Source of the DNA: Acidobacteriota bacterium
GTDB lineage: Bacteria > Acidobacteriota > UBA6911 > RPQK01 > JAJDTT01
Direction: 5' to 3'
Length of the DNA stretch: 64,000 bases
NCBI GenBank assembly: GCA_965209055.1
Contig: OZ242374.1
Span: forward strand, 2,400,001 to 2,464,000
The translations under genes were made by a program, and so were the position numbers. This document shows, one piece after another, positions 26,457-36,023 of the stretch. Positions within the stretch are counted from its first letter, which is position 1; the number at the start of each line of letters is the position of its first letter. The notes under the pieces were generated by a model, which was given only the letters and a program-made list of their open reading frames with translations, ran no database searches and was not told the origin of the DNA.

Positions 26457-29162
26457 TCAACTGCCTTTCTGAACCGTTTCGGGAAAGTACCGGTTGGCAA
26501 AGGATCGGATGTGGCTGGGCGTCACGTTTCGGATCAACGAAACGTAACCCCGCGGCGGCCGGGAGTCGGTCTTGGAAAAAGCTCTCAAGGCCAATTGAAG
26601 GAGCCGGTTCTGCCGATCCTGGCGGAGAGCGTGATGGTGAGTGATGGCGCCCACGATGGCGCTCAGGATGTCGTTCCTGGAGAACTGGACCCTGGCGAGG
26701 CTGGAGAGCAACGTCAACAACTCGCGTCGAGCCTCCTTCTCCTGACCCTCGACGGATGACACCGAGGCGAACAGGGCGCCCCGGCTCAATGTCGACTGCA
26801 GTTGGAGATCCGGGTCGGACAGCGTGGGGCTTCCGGCAGGCACCAGGTCCCGGATTTGAGGACTCAGGAGAAGGTGTTTCCAGACGTCGGCGACGTAGGA
26901 GTCGCGGGTCCCGTAGGCGGGTCCGGGCAATCCCACCATCACCTCGCCCTCATGCTCCACGACGGCCGGTTCAAGGTCGGGTTGGTCCGGTTCCTCCTCG
27001 AGCTCCTCTTCCTCGTCTTTGCGGACCGCCCAGCGGCGCTGATACCGGCTGTTGGCCAGTCGGGAAATGAAATCGTCCAGGAAGGAGGTTCCCTCGATAT
27101 CTCCCAGGATGAAGATCCAGGGATGGACGCCCTGCATCCGAATCCGGAGCCATTCGTCCACGTTTTGCAGTTCCAGCCGTGAGACCGATTCCCACGACCC
27201 CAGCCGGTCCAGGCCATACGGATGAGACCCGTACAGGAGCGTGCGGGTTCTGCGAAGGGGCCGGGATCGTTGGTCATCCTGCCAGGTCCGGATCTCGGCA
27301 AGCAATTGTTGACGCTCCAGGATCAGGGACTGCTTGTCCAGCCCCGACTCCCGGTACCAATCGATCAGGAACTCCAGAAGCTCGGGAAGATGGCGGGACA
27401 GCGCGGTGCAACGGAGGCCGAAGAAGTCCGGTTCGTTGACCACCTGGATGTCGGTGCCCATGAGCTCCAGGTCGTACCAGCGGAGCTCTCCCTTTTCTTC
27501 CACCGCCTGCCGGAGCGTGCTTCGGACCATGAGCTCAGTGATCCCGGCGTTTGCAGCCGACTCGTGAATCCGGCCTCCGGGAAAGAACACACCCAGGTGA
27601 ACCAGAGGCGCCGTATGTTCTTCCTGGAAGTAGACCGAAGGTCCTCTCAGGATCGACGTGGACTTGAACTCGGGCCGCGAGAACCGCGGCTGGAAATGCA
27701 CTGGCGCGAAATCATCGCCCCGCGCCGACCTCAGGGGGGAATCCTGCTGCCGGAGGGTTGCCGGCGGCACCAGCAGGTCCAGCATCTCCTGGAACGAAGA
27801 CGCCGAGAATGTTCGTTTCTCCGCGGTCGCGGGGTAATACTCCAAGACCGCCAACCGGTCGGTCTTCAGGTACTTGGAAACCGCTTCCCGCACCCGGGCC
27901 GGAGTCATGGACTGGACCCGGTCGACGGTTTCCGGTCCCTGCCAGAAGCGGCCGGCCGCCTCCATCCTGGCCTGCCGGACTGCCCGCTGCAGAAGACTGT
28001 TCTGGTCCCGGTAGAAGTCCTTGACATAGAGAGCCTTGGCCCGGTTGAGGAGGCCCGGGGTGATCCCCTGCCGTTTGATGTCCTCCACGACGGCCAGAGT
28101 TTCGACTTCGATCCGGTCGACCCGGCCGGGGGAACCGGCCAGTGAGATCCGGAAGAGGCCCGACCCGGAATCGGCCTCAACGCGGGCCTGCGACCAGATC
28201 GCCGTTCCCGGTTGCACCAGCTTCTGGTGGAGCAAGGAGCTTTTCCCCTGACCCAGGAGGTACGCCAGCAGCAGGAGGGCTTCGTGATCGGGATGTGCGA
28301 GACCCGGAATGCTGTAGCCCAGCATGACGTGAGCCTGCTGCAGCTTTCCGGTCAGGTGGCGGTAGGTCAGACGCGTCACCGAGGGGCGCCAAGGCTTCTG
28401 TTCAGGTTTCTTCGCCCGCCGCCGGATCCGCTTCTTCCCCGCGGGACGGTTCCCATAAATGCGGGCCACGTGCTCCAACACCTGGCTCCGCAGCACCGCG
28501 CCGGAGACGGACAGAATCAGCCGGGAGGGGTGGTAGCGCTCCTGGTGCAGCCGGACCAACGACTCGCGGAGTTCCTCAGATTGGTTCGCCGGCGCCGCGC
28601 CGGGCAGCAGGCTCTCCAGCAACTTGGCCCGGGTAAACTCCCGGGGAGAGTGCTGGAGCATGCGGTCCTGCTCCTCCACCGCTGCCATGGCCCGCTCCAA
28701 CTCGAGTTCCGACGGAGCCGGCGGATCCAGCAGGTGGGCATGAGCCTTCAGCGCGTCTTCCAGATGGTCGGCGGGCGCCGTGGAGACAAACGACGGCCCC
28801 CTGAGTCCCTCTTCAGGTTCAGGCCTCAGTTGCGAGGCCGCCTCGAAACTCAGGGTCTTGAGCTCTTCGTTGGCCAACAAGAGCCGGGAGAGCAACCTCT
28901 CCCGGCGCCGGTCGCGTGGAGTCCCGTCAGACCCACGCAGATAGGTGACCACTGACGCCAGGGGAGCTGCGGGATGTTCTTCGATGAGCAGGGTCAGTCC
29001 GTTCCTGAAAACAACCCGAATCAGGTTCTGGCGGTCTTCCCGGTGAGCCAGGCTCCGCTCATATTCGGGCCGGGCGAGATCCCGGCGGCCCGACTGGCGT
29101 CCGGCCCCGGAAACGGGCAGGCTCAGGACCAGAAACGAGAGTCCGAAAACCGCCGCTCTCAT
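26457..29162 (-). CDS. Exported M16 (pitrilysin-like) protein, apparently lacking the catalytic HxxEH motif
   Basis: Signal peptide; NGLTLLIEE, YHPSRLILSVSG, LLGQGKSSLL and HPYG four-domain M16 layout; no HxxEH in either half. Confidence 0.75.
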   Translation of the reverse strand: MRAAVFGLSFLVLSLPVSGAGRQSGRRDLARPEYERSLAHREDRQNLIRVVFRNGLTLLIEEHPAAPLASVVTYLRGSDGTPRDRRRERLLSRLLLANEELKTLSFEAASQLRPEPEEGLRGPSFVSTAPADHLEDALKAHAHLLDPPAPSELELERAMAAVEEQDRMLQHSPREFTRAKLLESLLPGAAPANQSEELRESLVRLHQERYHPSRLILSVSGAVLRSQVLEHVARIYGNRPAGKKRIRRRAKKPEQKPWRPSVTRLTYRHLTGKLQQAHVMLGYSIPGLAHPDHEALLLLAYLLGQGKSSLLHQKLVQPGTAIWSQARVEADSGSGLFRISLAGSPGRVDRIEVETLAVVEDIKRQGITPGLLNRAKALYVKDFYRDQNSLLQRAVRQARMEAAGRFWQGPETVDRVQSMTPARVREAVSKYLKTDRLAVLEYYPATAEKRTFSASSFQEMLDLLVPPATLRQQDSPLRSARGDDFAPVHFQPRFSRPEFKSTSILRGPSVYFQEEHTAPLVHLGVFFPGGRIHESAANAGITELMVRSTLRQAVEEKGELRWYDLELMGTDIQVVNEPDFFGLRCTALSRHLPELLEFLIDWYRESGLDKQSLILERQQLLAEIRTWQDDQRSRPLRRTRTLLYGSHPYGLDRLGSWESVSRLELQNVDEWLRIRMQGVHPWIFILGDIEGTSFLDDFISRLANSRYQRRWAVRKDEEEELEEEPDQPDLEPAVVEHEGEVMVGLPGPAYGTRDSYVADVWKHLLLSPQIRDLVPAGSPTLSDPDLQLQSTLSRGALFASVSSVEGQEKEARRELLTLLSSLARVQFSRNDILSAIVGAITHHHALRQDRQNRLLQLALRAFSKTDSRPPRGYVSLIRNVTPSHIRSFANRYFPETVQKGS

Positions 29163-29236
29163 GTTGAAATCGTAGCAATCGGGGGGTCCGAACTCAATTT
29201 GGAATTGGGCCGGGAACCCGGTAAATTAGAATTGTC

Positions 29237-29833
29237 ATGAAGGGGAAACCGCTGGAACAAGGGGATCTCATAGAGGGTCTCAAGAGCCGGGACACCAAGG
29301 TCATCGACACCTTCGTGGATCAGTTTTCCCGCCCTCTCTTCGGCGTCATCCTCAATTACACCAAGAACCCGTCCGACGCCGAGGAGATCCTCCAGGACAC
29401 GCTGCTCAGGGTCATCCGCAAGATCGACACTTTTCGGCAGCAGAGCGATATCTGGCCCTGGATGAAGAGGATCGCCGTAAACAACAGCATCATGTGGTTG
29501 CGCAAGCACCGGCGCTACCAGGAGATCCAATGGGACGACTGGATGCCCCGTTTCCGGGAGGATGGCGAGTTGGCCTACCCGATCTTCGGCTGGTCCGGGG
29601 ACCCGGAAGAGGTGTTTCTGAATCGGGAGCTGTCGGCGCAACTTTACGAGGCCATTCAGTCCTTGCCCTTCCAATATCGGGCGCCGCTGGTGCTCCGCGA
29701 TATCGACGGCTACCCAATTCGGCAGATCGCGTCCCTGTTGGGCCTCAAGGAGGCCACCACCAAGACCAGGATTCATCGAGCCCGCCTCTTCTTGCGGGAG
29801 AAGTTGGCTCGCTACCATGACGGGAGGACATGA
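29237..29833 (+). CDS. ECF RNA polymerase sigma factor
   Basis: DAEEILQD and WMKRIAVN (region 2); LPFQYRAPLVLRDIDG...TKTRIHRAR (region 4). Confidence 0.9.
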   Translation: MKGKPLEQGDLIEGLKSRDTKVIDTFVDQFSRPLFGVILNYTKNPSDAEEILQDTLLRVIRKIDTFRQQSDIWPWMKRIAVNNSIMWLRKHRRYQEIQWDDWMPRFREDGELAYPIFGWSGDPEEVFLNRELSAQLYEAIQSLPFQYRAPLVLRDIDGYPIRQIASLLGLKEATTKTRIHRARLFLREKLARYHDGRT

Positions 29834-30144
29834 ACTTCAGAAATCGGCGCACTGACCTGCTCACCTGCAAGGAGTGCATTCACCTGCTCTTGGACTACGC
29901 CGACGGCTCAATGGCCCCCGCAGTCCGGCGCAAGCTGGACGAACATCTGTCCGCCTGTCCGCCCTGCCAGCACTATCTCCGCAGCTATACTTCCTGTACG
30001 GAAATGGTTCAACAACTGCGAGACCAAGAGGCTCAGGTCCCGGCGGAACTCCAGGATCGGCTCAAGTCGTTTCTGAGGGAGCAGGTGAAGCTCCCATGGC
30101 CCGAGCCACGCCGCCGCCGGGCGAAGTGGTCCAAGAGAGTGTGA
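29830..30144 (+). CDS. Soluble zinc-finger (zf-HC2) anti-sigma factor
   Basis: C...HLSACPPC (HxxxCxxC); ATGA overlap with the sigma gene. Confidence 0.85.
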   Translation: MNFRNRRTDLLTCKECIHLLLDYADGSMAPAVRRKLDEHLSACPPCQHYLRSYTSCTEMVQQLRDQEAQVPAELQDRLKSFLREQVKLPWPEPRRRRAKWSKRV

Positions 30145-30294
30145 TCTGACAGCCCGTGGCGGAAGTCGTCGCGGCATTCGACCGCATCCATGACGTGAGC
30201 TTGCGGCCACGGATCTCCATTTCTCTACGGAATGGTGTAGCCCCTGCCTTGCCGCCCTTGTCAACCCGGTTGCATTGGGGTCCACGACCTCGAG

Positions 30295-30924
30295 TCAGAA
30301 CAGGTTTTTCCGGGTCAACTCGATCCTCAAGTCGCGTCGAATGTAGATTTCGACGAACTCACGCAACCACACGTCTTTCGCAGCTGTGAACCGTTCCATC
30401 AGTTCTCGTTCGGGTCTGTCCGTGAGGTAAACGATTCGCCACCGGTTTAGAGGTCGGAATTCACCACCATCAACCGAGTGCTCAACGTGAAAGACAGGCT
30501 GTCCTGCGCCGGCTCGAAGCAAGTTCCCGTCGCTATCGAGGAGTTCGGCCGCCCCTATGAAAGTGGCCCTTTGCCGTGCCGGGTTGAGGAGGACCTGTTC
30601 CAGGACCAACCCGCGCTCTGATGGCTTGAGCCAGAGGCGTTGCCGCGAGCAGCGCACGAAGGATTCTGTTCCATCGGCCGCCGCCTGCCGCCGCCAATTG
30701 TGTGAACTGCCCTCCGATACGACGGAAGGAATATAGAGATCGGGTCGGAACGCCTTTTTCACCTCCATGTCCCACAGCATGGTTCGGGTGAACCTGAGCG
30801 GTTCGTTCGTGCGGTAGTTCCGGGCGAGCACCAGGTTGATGTCAACCGGGGTCAGCTCGATTCTTGTGTTGAGCGGGCCGTTCCACGCCCGCTCAAACTC
30901 TGCCTCATGATCCAGCTGATTCAA
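30295..30924 (-). CDS. Hypothetical protein, possibly AtaL/DUF1857 (SRPBCC-like)
   Basis: FTRTMLWDMEVKKAFRPDLYIP resembles the AtaL-family N-terminal motif; GGAGG RBS before a TTG start. Confidence 0.45.
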   Translation of the reverse strand: MNQLDHEAEFERAWNGPLNTRIELTPVDINLVLARNYRTNEPLRFTRTMLWDMEVKKAFRPDLYIPSVVSEGSSHNWRRQAAADGTESFVRCSRQRLWLKPSERGLVLEQVLLNPARQRATFIGAAELLDSDGNLLRAGAGQPVFHVEHSVDGGEFRPLNRWRIVYLTDRPERELMERFTAAKDVWLREFVEIYIRRDLRIELTRKNLF

Positions 30925-31125
30925 CGGCCTGGTCGCCTCCTCCCGAGGGTCGGCGTCTTTCTATTCGTCGGCTTCTCCGAGTGGCATCCCTCGCATCCCA
31001 AGACATTCTCTCCCGGCTCTTGTCCGGACTGCGCAGTACTTCCAGGCACCTGTTGAAACGGATGCGGCGTCACCAGCTTCAGGGCTGCCCGGCCCGCGTG
31101 CGGCGCCCCAACCTGCCGCAGTTTG

Positions 31126-32562
31126 TTAACCCACTGCAAAGGCTTGCATCGCCGGTACCAGGATCATGCTCAGCACGATCACGACAATCGACGTCAGGAC
31201 GGTGGCGACGAGGCCGACTCGGAACATCGTCCCGAATCCAACGGCGCCGAACGCGAAGGTCGCGGCCGCGGCCGGGCTGGACCAGGGAAATGCCACCGCC
31301 TGGGCCGTGCCCGCGATAATCCGGGCCAAAATCGTGGGGTTGTAGCCGAGAGCGTCCGCAATCGGAAAAAGAATCGTGGAAACCATGATCGAAGTTGCCG
31401 CTCCGCTGGCCAACTGGGTCAACAGTGGCGTGGCCAGGCCTGCAATCCAGGGCAATGCCCCCGCGGTGACGTGGCCCGTCAACCTGCCGGCGAGCCAATC
31501 GATGGCGCCCAGAGTGGTCAATACGTCCGCCAGTGCCATCCCTCCGAGCACCAGGAACAATACGTTCCATCCGACGCCTTGCTGAAAGTCGCTGGTTTCC
31601 AGCGTCATTTCACCACGCTTCGCGTCCACCGGCAGCACGAAGAGAAGCACCATGGCCACCGGGGGCACGTACCAGATCTCGAGAAACCCGATATCGGCGA
31701 CCGTGGGCAGGGTCCATAGCGCCAGCATCAGAATCAGCACGAAAAGAACGTTTTTTTCGCTTCGGCTCATAGGGCCCAGTTGTTCACGTTCCTTGAGAAA
31801 GCGGGAGTGGGCATTGGGGATGGCCTGCACCTCGAGAGGCAACATGACCTTCAGGATCAGATAGCAGACCGGGAAGTGGGCCACCGTCAGGATGACGCCG
31901 GTCGACATCCACTGTGCGAAGCTGACGCTGTAGCCGGTCAACTGCTCCAGCAGCGAAAGGGTCAGCGCATTGAAAACGATGCCTGTCGGAGTTGCCAGCG
32001 CCCCGGCCGCGGCGCCGTACAGAACGGCCAGGCTCGCCGCCGCCGACATACGCTTCGCGCCGGGCGCCACGGACCGGGTGAGCGACAACACAATCGGCGT
32101 CATCATCACGATGACCGCCAGGTCACTGAACACTGAGGACATCACCGCGGATACGACCAGGATTGCCAGGATCAAGCCGGTGCCGGAACGCGCCACGCCT
32201 GGAACGCATAGGGCGGCGAGGGCGATTCTCCGCGCCAGACCGTGCTTTTGAAACGCATGGCCGAAAAGCATGACGCCAATCAGGTAGGGCAGGATGACAT
32301 GCCCGTAAGTGGCGGCCACTTCCGATAGGCCCATCTGCGCACCGATCGGCAGGAGCACGAACGGCAGGAAACTGGTGACCCCCCAAGGAACCGGCGTGGT
32401 CACCCACCAGGCCACGACCCAGGCGTATCCACCGAGGGCGACGTGCGCCTCCGGCGCCAGACCGGTCAGTGGCGCGGCGAGGACGACGGCGAACGCGGCC
32501 GGTCCGGCCAGTACGCGCAGTACGAAGATCCGCCGGCTGGTCAAGAGTTTAGCGGTTCCCAC
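31126..32562 (-). CDS. SLC13/DASS-family anion transporter
   Basis: WWVTTPVPWGVTS, HGLARRIAL, GALATPTG and VGWNVLFLVLGGMALA motifs. Confidence 0.85.
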   Translation of the reverse strand: MGTAKLLTSRRIFVLRVLAGPAAFAVVLAAPLTGLAPEAHVALGGYAWVVAWWVTTPVPWGVTSFLPFVLLPIGAQMGLSEVAATYGHVILPYLIGVMLFGHAFQKHGLARRIALAALCVPGVARSGTGLILAILVVSAVMSSVFSDLAVIVMMTPIVLSLTRSVAPGAKRMSAAASLAVLYGAAAGALATPTGIVFNALTLSLLEQLTGYSVSFAQWMSTGVILTVAHFPVCYLILKVMLPLEVQAIPNAHSRFLKEREQLGPMSRSEKNVLFVLILMLALWTLPTVADIGFLEIWYVPPVAMVLLFVLPVDAKRGEMTLETSDFQQGVGWNVLFLVLGGMALADVLTTLGAIDWLAGRLTGHVTAGALPWIAGLATPLLTQLASGAATSIMVSTILFPIADALGYNPTILARIIAGTAQAVAFPWSSPAAAATFAFGAVGFGTMFRVGLVATVLTSIVVIVLSMILVPAMQAFAVG

Positions 32563-34309
32563 GGTCCTTCTCCGGGACTGCTACGTGGACGGTGACGATA
32601 TCCGTGTCGTGGAACTGCTGGTGGCGAACGGAGGACGCAATGTGCCGCAACAGCCGTAGCGAGATCTCCCGTTCCACCACTGCGTCGTCGGGCGTCTCCG
32701 CCAGCAGTCCGATCCGGTTCTGAAGGTTCTCCTCGCCAGGCGCAGCTACGAACTCGAGGACGGCGCCCCCGGCTTCTTTGCGCGCCTGCAGCAACAGGCG
32801 CCGCCGCTCACGCTTCTTGTGGTCCTCATCATCCCCGATCAGCGTCAGAATCGTCTCCTCGGTGGCGGCGTCGAGGCGATGCAGCATGTCCGCCCCCCAG
32901 CCGTTGCGGGATGCGAACCTGTCGAGAAACTCCCTGAGCTTCGGCAGCACGGAAATATCCAACTCCGCTTCGATTCGGATGCGGCGCGGCGCCGTCGCTT
33001 CCAGAAACAGGGTCATGAGGATCGCCACGATTCCCCCGGCGGTAATGCCGTTCCCCAGCAGGCCCCCTCCCAGCTCTGAAAGAAGCCCTGGGAACAACAG
33101 GTCGTTCTGGCAACCGACTCCAATCCAGAAAGCGACACCGGAGATCATTCCCTTGCGATAGTCGACCCCTCCCTGCACGACTTCCGCCATGCCACGCACG
33201 AAGGTCATGGCCAGCACGACGGTCAGGTAGGCGACGATGACCGAGCTGGGTATCGCCAGAATCATGGCAAGGACCTTGGGCAGGAACGCCATGGCCATGA
33301 GCACGCCACCGGCGGCGATTCCCACGCGGCGTGCCGCGACCCCGGTCAGCTCAATGGTCGGGGCGCTGACCGCGATGGTCTGCGTCGGCACGATCGCCGT
33401 GAGGCCGGACAGCAGTTTGCCGATGCCGTCCGCGGTCACCGCACCTTCCACCGCCCGGTAGTCCACGGCCCGCGGCCGGCGCCAGGAAACGCGCTGGACG
33501 GCAACCGTACCGGTGATCGTCTGGATGGCGCCAATGAGAGACACGAACACGAAGGCAGGAAGCAACTCCACGAATCCCGGACCAAGGTCGATCCCGATAC
33601 CTGGCCAGTCGCCTGGTGGCAGGCCGATCCACGGCGCCCGGGCAACTCGTTCAATGTCGTAGAGGCCCAACATTCCCCCCACCGCCGAACCCGCAACGAC
33701 CCCGATCGCCGGAGCCCACAAACGCAACGACGCTCCCGCCGTCAGGGAGATGCCGCTGATGACCAGAATCGTCGCAAGTGCGGTGAGCAGCGGGGCCAGC
33801 GCCGTGTCGTGCGGCGTGTCGGCCAGGCGACCGAATACGACCGGCAGCACGGTCGCCGGTACCAGCATGTTCACGGTACCGACGATGGTGGGTGTCAGAA
33901 GCCGCCGGAACAGGGCGAGCCGCATCGAAATCACGATGGGAATGAGCGACGAAGCGACGACCAGAGTGGCAAGGAGCGTTGGACCGCCCTCGTCGAGGGC
34001 ACTGACGCAGACCCCGATAAAGGCCCCGGCGGGGCCCATGAAGAGCAGGTATCCCGCTCCGACCCGGCCCAACCGAACCGCTTGCAGCGCCGTACAGATG
34101 CCACTGACGGCGACCGCGCCGAACACGGCCCAGGACAGGTACGCGTCGGTTCCGCCGCCGGCCCGGATGACGATTGTGGGGATAAAGATGATGCTGGTGA
34201 TGCCCAGAACCACCAGCTGCAGGCTGCATCCGAAAGTTAAAGCCGCAGGAGGATTCTCGTTGGGTTCATAACGAACGTTTGGAGCTCGTTGCTTGTGACC
34301 GTCGCGCAC
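32549..34309 (-). CDS. NCS2 (xanthine/uracil) permease-like protein with a C-terminal degenerate HATPase/RsbW-like domain
   Basis: TALQAVRLGRVGAG, ADGIGK and TGVAARRVG NCS2 core; extra cytoplasmic tail of about 140 aa (LREFLDRFA...LDAATEE...SLRLLRH). Confidence 0.75.
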   Translation of the reverse strand: MRDGHKQRAPNVRYEPNENPPAALTFGCSLQLVVLGITSIIFIPTIVIRAGGGTDAYLSWAVFGAVAVSGICTALQAVRLGRVGAGYLLFMGPAGAFIGVCVSALDEGGPTLLATLVVASSLIPIVISMRLALFRRLLTPTIVGTVNMLVPATVLPVVFGRLADTPHDTALAPLLTALATILVISGISLTAGASLRLWAPAIGVVAGSAVGGMLGLYDIERVARAPWIGLPPGDWPGIGIDLGPGFVELLPAFVFVSLIGAIQTITGTVAVQRVSWRRPRAVDYRAVEGAVTADGIGKLLSGLTAIVPTQTIAVSAPTIELTGVAARRVGIAAGGVLMAMAFLPKVLAMILAIPSSVIVAYLTVVLAMTFVRGMAEVVQGGVDYRKGMISGVAFWIGVGCQNDLLFPGLLSELGGGLLGNGITAGGIVAILMTLFLEATAPRRIRIEAELDISVLPKLREFLDRFASRNGWGADMLHRLDAATEETILTLIGDDEDHKKRERRRLLLQARKEAGGAVLEFVAAPGEENLQNRIGLLAETPDDAVVEREISLRLLRHIASSVRHQQFHDTDIVTVHVAVPEKDRGNR

Positions 34310-34550
34310 GAGGCCCCCTCGATTAGCTCACGTCCAGAGATATCCCGTACCGCCGGTGGAGTGATTCGTGTCCGGTGGAAGACCTGCCTGCTGTTTGCAC
34401 GCGGCCACGGGTGACTTCCTGCTGGCATCCGACATCAGTCGAAGCAGGTGCGCTCGCTCTTTGTCCGCTTGAGTTCGGCATCGTCCGTCATCAACCATCC
34501 TTCAGGGAGTCCCCCGAGGGCCCGACGGACCGATCGGCGCCGCAATGCGC

Positions 34551-34850
34551 TCAGCCTGGGCGTCCCGTCAACCACTTCCATGGACGGACGTGGGACTCGG
34601 CGAAGGTGCCCGACTGGGCATAGGGGCTGTCGCCGACGAATGCTTGTGCCGGCTCGAGTGAGGGAACCTCGAGCACCAGGACCAAGCCGGTAACGGCCTC
34701 GTCATTCTCGCTGAGAGTCTGCCCACCATGATGAACGGTAATGTCAGGATGATGGGTGGGATCGCGAAGGTAGGCGGCGAATGCGTCCTCCAGACCGAGC
34801 CGTCCCTATCCCATTTCTACTTTGTGAGTCGCGAAAATTACGAAATGCAT
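34551..34850 (-). pseudogene. YciI-family gene interrupted by an in-frame TAG (not in ORF track)
   Basis: AAAGGAGA RBS; MHFVIFATHKVEMG*GRLGLEDAFAAYLRD...HHGGQTLSENDEAVTGLVLVLEVPSLEPAQAFVGDSPYAQSGTFAESHVRPWKWLTGRPG; TAG at 34808-34806. Confidence 0.75.
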
Positions 34851-35043
34851 GTTGTGATCTCCTTTCGCCGGAATATCCGTAGGACTCCACCATCACAAAG
34901 AGGCAACTGACAGGGCCTTTTTTTGGCGAATAGTACACCTGACACCACCAAATCTCCACTTCCGCCAGACAAACTCAGGACAGGCATATGGATCAAACAA
35001 ATTGCCGAGGCTATAATTTCAACCATAAATAATCCCCCCGCTC

Positions 35044-36021
35044 ATGAAACTCGTCAGCTACCTTCATTCGGAAGAGACCCGGCTCGGCGCGCTCAGCAAA
35101 TCGGGCGATCTGATCATTGATCTGAGCCGCGCCCATCGGGAACTGGTGCGGGGCGGACGGGACCCGATTGGGGGGCGGCACATCTCGCGGCCTCTGCCGA
35201 CGCTGATGGTCGAGTTCCTCGAACGTGGTGACGAAGCATTGCAGACGGCGAGGAAAGCGCTCGCCTACGTCGAAGAACAACTGCCGGGCGCGAAGGAAGA
35301 GTATCTCCGGCGGCGCATGCTGCTACCCCTCGCATCCACGCAGCTTCTCGCGCCGGTTCCACGCCCGCCCAAGCTGATTGCGGCTTGGGTCAACTACGAA
35401 GAACACGGCAAGGAGGCCACCGTAAAGGCGCCCCGGAACGTGCCGCTGTTCTTCACCAAGTGGTCGACCGCCGTCATCGGCCCCGGCCAGCCGATTGTCC
35501 TGCCGCAAAACAGTCGAAAGGTGGACTACGAGGCCGAGCTGGCGTTGGTGATCGGCGCCGGAGGGAAAAACATTCCGGCGGAAAATGCCTACGACCACAT
35601 CGCCGGCTACACGATCCTGAACGACGTGAGCGCACGGGATTTTTCGCTGCGCGCTCTGTTTGGGTCGCCGGGGCCGTACGACATCCAGAAATCGTTCGAT
35701 ACGTTCGCGCCGATGGGGCCGTGTCTCGTGACGCGCGATGAAATCCCCGATCCCCACTCGCTCGGCATCCGGCTGCGTATCGGCGACGAGGTTTTGCAGG
35801 ACGACACCACCGGATCGATGATCCACCGCATCCCGGCGATCGTCGCCTGTCTATCCTCCATCGCCACATTGGAACCGGGCGACACCATCGCCACCGGCAC
35901 TCCCGCGGGCGTCGGTTTCACCCGCACGCCGCCTCGCTGGCTGCAGCCGGGTGAAACCGTCCGCATCGAAATTGATGCCATCGGAGTGTTGGAAAACCCC
36001 GTGGTTGCGGAATCCGGGTGA
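35044..36021 (+). CDS. Fumarylacetoacetate hydrolase family protein
   Basis: NYEEH, FFTK, DYEAEL, NDVSARD, KSFDTF and TGTPAGVG motifs. Confidence 0.92.
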   Translation: MKLVSYLHSEETRLGALSKSGDLIIDLSRAHRELVRGGRDPIGGRHISRPLPTLMVEFLERGDEALQTARKALAYVEEQLPGAKEEYLRRRMLLPLASTQLLAPVPRPPKLIAAWVNYEEHGKEATVKAPRNVPLFFTKWSTAVIGPGQPIVLPQNSRKVDYEAELALVIGAGGKNIPAENAYDHIAGYTILNDVSARDFSLRALFGSPGPYDIQKSFDTFAPMGPCLVTRDEIPDPHSLGIRLRIGDEVLQDDTTGSMIHRIPAIVACLSSIATLEPGDTIATGTPAGVGFTRTPPRWLQPGETVRIEIDAIGVLENPVVAESG

Positions 36022-36023
36022 GA

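Noticed and set aside
29213-29237. GGAAC-N16-GTCA ECF-type autoregulatory promoter
   Set aside because: The -10 element would overlap the sigma start codon, which is incompatible with the predicted start; not supportable without TSS data
30921-31139. 72-aa ORF containing CEGCH (heme c motif) that overlaps both neighbours
   Set aside because: No signal peptide and no cytochrome-like sequence around the motif; probably chance
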